Shown piece after piece: positions 56,395 to 64,000 of a stretch of DNA of 64,000 nt. The DNA comes from the human T2T-CHM13v2.0 reference genome, Homo sapiens. Location: NCBI RefSeq assembly GCF_009914755.1, contig NC_060927.1, one strand, 5' to 3'. A program made the position numbers and the translations under genes. The notes below the pieces were generated by a model. That model saw only the letters and a list, made by a program, of their open reading frames with translations. It was not told the origin of the DNA and did no database searches. Each line of letters opens with the position of its first letter. Positions within the stretch are counted from its first letter, which is position 1.

Positions 56395-56527
56395 TTAATT
56401 TTTTAAAAATAGAGATGAGGACTCTCCGTGTTGCCCAGGTTGGTCTCAAACTCCTGACCTCAAGCAGTCCTCCTGCCTTAGCAACCCAAAGTGCCGTGAT
56501 TACAGGTATGAGCCATTATGCCTGGCC
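56395..56527 (-). mobile_element. FLAM-type Alu monomer
   Basis: agagatg...gttgcccaggttggtctcaaactcctgacctcaagc...gagccattatgcctggcc. Confidence 0.8.
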
Positions 56528-56679
56528 TCTTCATCTTTTTTCAATTTATGTATGTCTTTATATTTAAAGTGGGTTTCTTGTAGACAACATACAGTTATGT
56601 CTTGTGTGATTCACTTTAACCACCTCTGTCTTTTAGTTGGTGTATTTAATCCATTGAAATTTATTGATATAGATAACTA

Positions 56680-56724
56680 TTAGGTTGGTGCAAAGGTGAT
56701 TGCAGTTTTTGCCATTGAAAGTGA
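56680..56724. mobile_element. Half MADE1 / solo Hsmar1 terminal inverted repeat
   Basis: TA|ttaggttggtgcaaaggtgattgcagtttttgccattgaaagt. Confidence 0.8.
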
Positions 56725-57233
56725 TATCTGTCAGATTCATCATTGCTTTCTATTTGTTGTCCTTTTTCTTTGTTTCTGTCTTCCACTCTTTTTCTGCCTT
56801 TTGTTGTTTAACTGATCACCTTATATGATTCCATTTCTCCCTTTCCATATCAGTAAGACTTAGCATATCAGTAATACTTCTATTTTTTTAGTAATTGCCC
56901 TAGAGTTTGCAAAATACATTTACAACTAGTCCAAGTTCACTTTTAAGTAAAACTATGCCACTTCATGGGTAATGCAAGTATCTTATAATAAAGTATTCTT
57001 AATTCCTCCCTCCTATCCCTTGTATTATTGCTGTCATTCTTTCACTTCTACATAAGCTGTAATCACTAAATACATTGTAGCTATTGCTATTATTTTGAAT
57101 AAACTGTTATCTGTTAGATCAATTAGAAATTAATTTTTAAAGTTCTTATTTTACCTTCACTTAATTATTTCTAATGTTTTTCTTTTCTTTCTGTAATCTG
57201 AATTTCTGATTATATCATTTTTCTTCTCTCTGA

Positions 57234-57539
<306 letters not shown>

Positions 57540-57839
57540 TCTCTCTGAAGAATTTCTTTTAACATTTCTTGCAAGTCAGGCCTACTGGCAAAAAATTCCC
57601 TCAATTTTTGTTTGTCTGAGAAAGTTGTTATTTCTCCTTCACTTTTGAAGAATAACCTCAAAAGGTACAGAATTCTGAGTCAATGACTTTTTTCTCTCAA
57701 CTCTTTAAATATTTCACACCATTCCTTTCTTGCTTGCATGGTTTCTGAGAAGTTAGATGTAATGCTTATCTTTGCTCTTCTATAGGTAAGGTGTTTTTCC
57801 CTCTGGCTTTTTTCAAGATTTTCTCCAATTTTCTGTAGT

Positions 57840-58156
57840 TTCTTTCTTTCTTTCTTTCTTTCTCTTTTTTTTGGCTCGGAGTTTTGCTCTTGTTGCCTAG
57901 GCTGAAGTGCAACAGTGCAATCTCTTGGCTCACTGCAACCTCTGCCTCCCAGATTCAAGTGATTCTCCTGCCTCAGCCTCCTGAGTAGCTGGGATTACAG
58001 GCGCCCACCACCATGCCCGGCTAATTTTTGTATTTTTAGTAGAGATAGGGCTTCACCATGTTGGCCAGGCTGGTCTCGAACTCCGAACTTCAGGTGATCC
58101 ACCTGCCTTGGCCTCTCAAAGTGTGGGATTACAGGCATGAGCCATCATGCCAGGCC
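57840..58156 (-). mobile_element. Alu (AluSq/Sp-like)
   Basis: gagttttgctcttgttgcc diagnostic; (TTTC)n tail. Confidence 0.9.
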
Positions 58157-58705
58157 TGCAGTTTCAATATGATATGCCTAGTTATAGTTTTTGTTTGTTT
58201 TGTTTTGTTTGTTTTTGTTTTCTTGGCATTTATCATGCTGGGTGCTCTCTGAGAGTCCTGGATCCATCGTCAGTGTCTGAAACTAAATTGGGAAAATACT
58301 CGGTCATTATTGCTTCAAATATTACTTCTGTCTTGTTCTCCTTTTCTTCTCCCTCTGGTATTCCCATTATGTATATGTTTCTTACACTTTTTGTAGTTGT
58401 TTTGCAGTTCTTGGATATTCTGTCCCATTTAAAAACCTCATTGCTTTTCATTTTAGAAGTTTCTATTGATATATACTCAGGCTCAGAGATTCTTTCCTCA
58501 GCCATGTCCAGGTTACTAATGAGCGCATCAAAGTCACTCTTAATTGTGTTACAGTGTTTTGGGTCTCTAACATTTTCTTTTTATTCTTTTTTAGAATTTT
58601 CATCTCTCTGCTTACATTATCCATCTGTTCTTATATGTTATCTACAATTTCTATTAGAGCCCTTAGCATATTAATTACAATATTTTAAATTCCTGGTCTG
58701 ATAAC

Positions 58706-59221
58706 TTAAATTTTTTTTTAAATTTTATTTTAAGGTCCAGGATACATGTGCAGGAAGTACAGGTTTGTTACATAGGTTTAAACATGTGCCATGGTGGTTT
58801 GCTGCAACCTATCAACCCATCACCTAGGTAATTAAGCCCCACATGCATTAGCTATTTTTCCTGATGCTCTGCCTCCCGCTGCGCCCCTCAAGAGGCCCCA
58901 GTGTGTGTTGTTTCCCTCCATGTGTCCATGTGTTCTCATTGTTCAGCTCCCACTTATAAGTTAGAACATGTGGTGTTTGGTTTTCTGTTCCTGTGTTAGT
59001 TTGCTGAGGATAAAGGCTTCCATCTCTAACCATGTCCCTGCAAAGGACATGATCTCATTCCTTTTGATGGCTGCATAGTATTCCACAGTGTATATGTACC
59101 ACATCTTCCTTATCCAGACTATCACTGATGGACATTTGGGTTGATTCAATGTCTTTGGTATTGTGAGTAGTGCTGCAGTGAACATACATGTGCATGTATC
59201 TTTATAATAGAATGATTTATA
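58706..59221 (-). mobile_element. 5'-truncated L1PA 3' end
   Basis: Primate L1 3' UTR (gatacatgtgcagg...cccatcacctagg); exact 12-bp TSD tggtctgataac (58694-58705, 59222-59233). Confidence 0.92.
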
Positions 59222-60412
59222 TGGTCTGATAACCCTTGCAACAAAAAATTACAAGGCATAATAAAAGACAAAATACACAGTTTGAGGAGAATGAACAAGC
59301 ATCAGAATCAGGGTTAGATATGGCAGGAATGTTACAGAAACTGTGGTATATAGGCCTTTAGTAATGGAGTGGTAATGTGTATGGGGAGGGAAAGCATTCT
59401 CTAGTTCTGTGATTAGGTTTCAGTCTTTCAGGGAGCCTGTGCTCCCGGACTGTGAACTTCACCGGTGCTTCTGTTTTCTTCTTCCTTAGGTGGAACAGGA
59501 TGGGTAGAAGGGTCTAGAGTTAAGTATTTCCCTAGCCCCCAGTTGGTTAGTTTCAGATAAAACCTGAATAGGTTAAGCTCTGGTTAAAACAGTTTCCCTT
59601 GAGGGAAGGTCTTATGAAGACCACAGTGCCCTGCTGTGTTTCAAAACAGTTGCTCTTCCCCTCCCCCGTCAGAAGCAAAAGGGATTTTTTTTTTCTCTGA
59701 TCTTTGCTCTGATTCCTGGTAGAGCTACTGGAGGTAAAACCCACAGAGTGTGGGCAATCCTTCACCCAAGACTGGCCCCCTGGAGTTTTAACCTATCGGA
59801 AATGTCCATGCAGAGGCTCTAGCATTTTAGGTTTTTCTACCCCCGTTTTGGTTTCTGTGGAGGTTTCCATTCACAGGTTTCTGCCATGGTAAGTTGTAAT
59901 TTTCTGTATCTGCTTGTCTCTCTTCAGTTTGAGGGGCAGCAGCTTGCCATGTGAGCTCAATTCACTGATGGATCTATAAAGAATTGTGGATTTCCAGTTT
60001 GTTCAGCTTCTTACTTTGTTAGGGCAGAGTAATGACTGTCAAGCTCTTTACATGCCTGATTAGAAACTGGAAATCCTTGTCTTTCACGTTCGCCCTCCAC
60101 TTTTAAAAACTGTGGTAAAATACATGTATCATAAAATTTACCTTCCTAAGCTTTTTAATATGTACAGTTTAGTGGTATTTAGTACTTATATATGGTGCAA
60201 CAATCACCACCATTCATATTAGAACTCTTCATTGTGCAATACTGAACCTCTGTACCCATTAAATAGTAACTCCTAATTCTCCTTCTTCTCAACCCCTGAC
60301 AAACACCATTCTACTTACTGTCTCTGAGTAGCTTATATAAATGGAAACATTTGTCTTTTGTAAAGCACTATTTCACGTAGTGTAATGACTACAAAGTTCA
60401 TCCATGTTGTAG

Positions 60413-60757
<345 letters not shown>

Positions 60758-60779
60758 TAAAGGCTGAATAATATTCCTT

Positions 60780-60841
<62 letters not shown>

Positions 60842-61831
60842 CACCAAATTTTGCTTAAGCATTCATCAGTTGATGGACATGGGTTGCTTCCACCTTTTAG
60901 CTATTGTGACTAATAATACTATAAACAAGGGTGTACAAAATCTCCTCAAGATCCTGTATTCAATCCTTTCGGGTATATAGCCAGAAGTAGAGTTTGTGAA
61001 TCATATGGTAATTCTATTTTTAAGTTTTTGAGGAACTGTCATACTGTTTTCCACAGCAGGTGTGCCATTTTGCACCTGCACCAGAAATGCACAAGTGTTC
61101 CAATTTTTTCACATCCTCGCTGACACTTGTTATTTGCAGTAATTTTGATAGTAGTCATTCTAATGGGTGTGAAGTGGTATTTCATTGTGGTTTTGATGTG
61201 CATTTCCCTACTGACTAGTGATGTTGAACCTCTTTTCATGTGCTTATCAGCTATTAATATATCTTCTTTGGTGAAATGTTTATTCAAGACTTCACCTATT
61301 TTTGAATCAGATTTTGGTTGTTGTGAGTTTTAGGAGTTTCCTATATATCTGGATATTAATCCCTTATGTAATTTGCAAATATTTTTTCCTATTCCATGGA
61401 TTGTTTTCTCTGTTGATAGTGACGTTTGATGCACAAAAGTTTTTTAATTTTCACGAGGTCCAATTTTTCTGTTTTTCTTTTGTTACCTGTCTTTCATGTG
61501 AGATGAAAGAAATCATTGCCAAATCCAGTGTTATGAAGCTTTCCTCTTATGTGTTCTTCTAAGAGTCTTAGAGTTTTGGCACTTACATTTAGATCTTTGA
61601 CCCATTTTGAGTTAATTTTTGTATGTGGTGTTAAGTAAGGGTCCAGCTTCATTCTTTGGCATGTGGACATACAGTCTTTCCAGCATTATTTGGTGAAAAG
61701 ATTATTGTTTCCTCATTGAATGGTCTCCACACCCTTGTTGGAAGTTAATTGACTGTAAATGCAAAGGTTTATTTCTGGGCTCTCTATTTTATTCCATTTG
61801 TTTGTATGTGTGTCTTATTGCTAGTCCCATG

Positions 61832-62140
<309 letters not shown>

Positions 62141-62177
62141 TCCCATGTGTTTTGATTACTGTAGCTTTAGAGTAAGT

Positions 62178-62856
62178 TTTTTTCTTTAATTCTCTTATTT
62201 TACTTTAAGTTCTGGGATACATTTGCAGAACGTGCAGATTTGTTACTTAGGTATACATGTGCCATGGTGGTTTGCTGCACCTATCAACCTGTCATCTAGG
62301 TCTTAAGCCCTGCATGCATGAGGTATTTGTCCTAATCCTCTCCCTCCCCTTCCCCCCTGCCCCTGACAGGCCCTGGTGTGTGATGTTCCCCTCCCTGTGT
62401 CCGTGTGTTCTCATTGTTCAACTCCCACTTACGAGTGAGAACATGCGGTATTTGGTTTTCTGTTCCTGTGTTAGTTTGCTGAGAATGATGGCTTCCAGCT
62501 TCATCCATGTCCCTGCAAAGGACACGAACTCATTCTTTTTTTTGGTTGTATAGTATTCCATGGTGTATATGTGCCACATTTTCTTTATCTAGTCTATCAT
62601 TGATGGGCATTTGGGTTAGTTCCAAGTCTTTGCTATTGTGAATAGTACTGCAATAAACATACAAGTGCATGTGTCTTTATAGTAGAATGATTTATAATCC
62701 TTTGGGTATATACCCAGTAATGGGATTGCTGGGTCAAATGGTATTCCTGGTTCTAGATCCTTGAGGAATCACCACACTGTCTTCCACAATGGTTGAACTA
62801 ATTTACACTCCCACCAACAGTCTAAAAGTGTTCCTATTTCTCCACATCCCCTCCAG
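62178..62856 (-). mobile_element. L1PA 3' end, truncated at the junction with the ERV gag
   Basis: ttattttactttaagttctgggatac...ggttctagatccttgaggaatcaccacactgtcttccacaatgg...tctccacatcccctccag. Confidence 0.92.
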
Positions 62857-63695
62857 GTACCCCTAACTTTCCTCAAGCAGCCACCCCAGACCCTTCCCCT
62901 ACTCATGTTGTGTGCCCCCTCCTTATAATCCTGGCTCTTGGGGCCATCCCCAGCCTGAATGCCCTCCCCCAAGAAGGCTTCAACATGAGAGAGAAAAATG
63001 TAAAAAGGATATTCAAAATTTCCCTTTCCTCTCCTCCTCAAAAGAGTCTGCCCCAACTCTTTATCCCTTAAGGAAAGTGCCTCTAGGAAGAGGGGGAATT
63101 GGCTTTGTAAATGCCCCCTTAACTAGTTCAGAGGTCAGAAACTTAAGGAAAGAACTTAAACCACTATTAGATGATCATTTTTGGGTCACGGATCAAATGG
63201 ACCAATTTTTAAGACCACAGGTAAACACTTGGAGTGAGCTACTGTCCATCTTAAGTATTCTCTTTTCGGGAGAGGAAAGAACCATAATCCACAGGGCTCC
63301 TATGGTAGTCTCGGAGTGCAAACATCCTCTCATTCAAAATATCCCTGCAGCAAAACAAAAATTTCTTGCCCAAGATCCCCAGTGGGATAATAACTATGCA
63401 GCCCACCGAGAAAACATGAAAGACCTTAGGGAAATGATAGTTAAAAGGATTTGGGAATCAGTGCCTCAAACCCAAAATACTTCCCAAGCATTTAATATAC
63501 AGCAGGGAAATGACGAGGGGCCCATGGAGTTTTTAAACAGACTCAAGGAACAGATAAGAAAACATGCAGGATTAAACGTAAAGGATCCCCTTGGGCAGGA
63601 GATGTTAAACCTCCATTTTGTTACTAATAGTTGGCCAGATATCACAAAGAAATTACAGAAAATAGAAAACTGAAAAGATTGGCCTATAGAAGAAA
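62857..63695 (+). mobile_element. ERV1 (gamma-like; HERV-I/HERVIP10-type) gag remnant with a 253-codon open stretch
   Basis: PPPY late domain (62915-62926), LYPLRKVP...GFVNAPLTSSEVRN capsid start, MHR-like IQQGNDEGPMEFLNRL (~63497-63545); TGA at 63671-63673. Family assignment is from memory of consensus. Confidence 0.85.
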
Positions 63696-63699
63696 CAAG

Positions 63700-64000
63700 A
63701 GGGCAGGGAGAGGAGACAGAAAAACTGACAAAGGGAACAAAGGGAGTCAGGGAGAGAGAGAGATGGCGCAGCAGAGAGAGAGAGAGAGGGAGAGACAGAG
63801 AGGCAAAGACAGATGGAGAGGCAGAGAAAGAAAGACAGAGAGCCAGAGAGAGAGGGAGAGAAAGACAGAGAGGCAAAGACAGATGGAGAGGCAGAGAAAG
63901 AAAGACAGAGAGCCAGAGAGAGAGGGAGAGAAAGACAGAGAGCCAGAGAGAGAGGGAGAGAAAGACAGAGAGCCAGAGAGAGAGGGAGAGAAAGACAGAG
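63700..64000. repeat. GA-rich tandem array with 30-bp and 40-bp units, running off the window end
   Basis: agccagagagagagggagagaaagacagag (30 bp) and aggcaaagacagatggagaggcagagaaagaaagacagag (40 bp). Confidence 0.92.

Overview
Human (primate) genomic DNA, recognisable from the encoded proteins as the TEX264-GRM2 locus (chr3p21.2). Both genes are on the + strand. The window contains the last three coding exons of TEX264 (ER-phagy receptor and p97 adaptor; its 5' exons lie outside the window). It also contains the complete GRM2 gene (metabotropic glutamate receptor 2): a CpG-island promoter, a non-coding exon 1 and five coding exons totalling 2619 nt (872 aa + stop). After ~46.6 kb the sequence switches to an AT-rich, gene-free field of nested transposons (old L1M, L1PA, Alu, Tigger3, MER2, MST LTR, MADE1 half) that ends in an ERV1 gag remnant and a GA-rich tandem array. 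Almost all short ORFs in the supplied track are chance or repeat-derived, and I see no evidence of a new multi-gene system. The strongest second-look items are: a ~1.7 kb CA/C-run tract in GRM2 intron 2 that may be an expanded allele; a spacer-extended REST/RE1 site in the GRM2 promoter; a probable 5S rRNA-Alu chimeric retrocopy; several compact transcription-factor motif clusters; a miR-1302-like MER53 hairpin just downstream of GRM2; and a ~100 bp micro-inversion beside an L1PA insertion. Repeat subfamily names come from remembered consensus sequences, and repeat boundaries are approximate.
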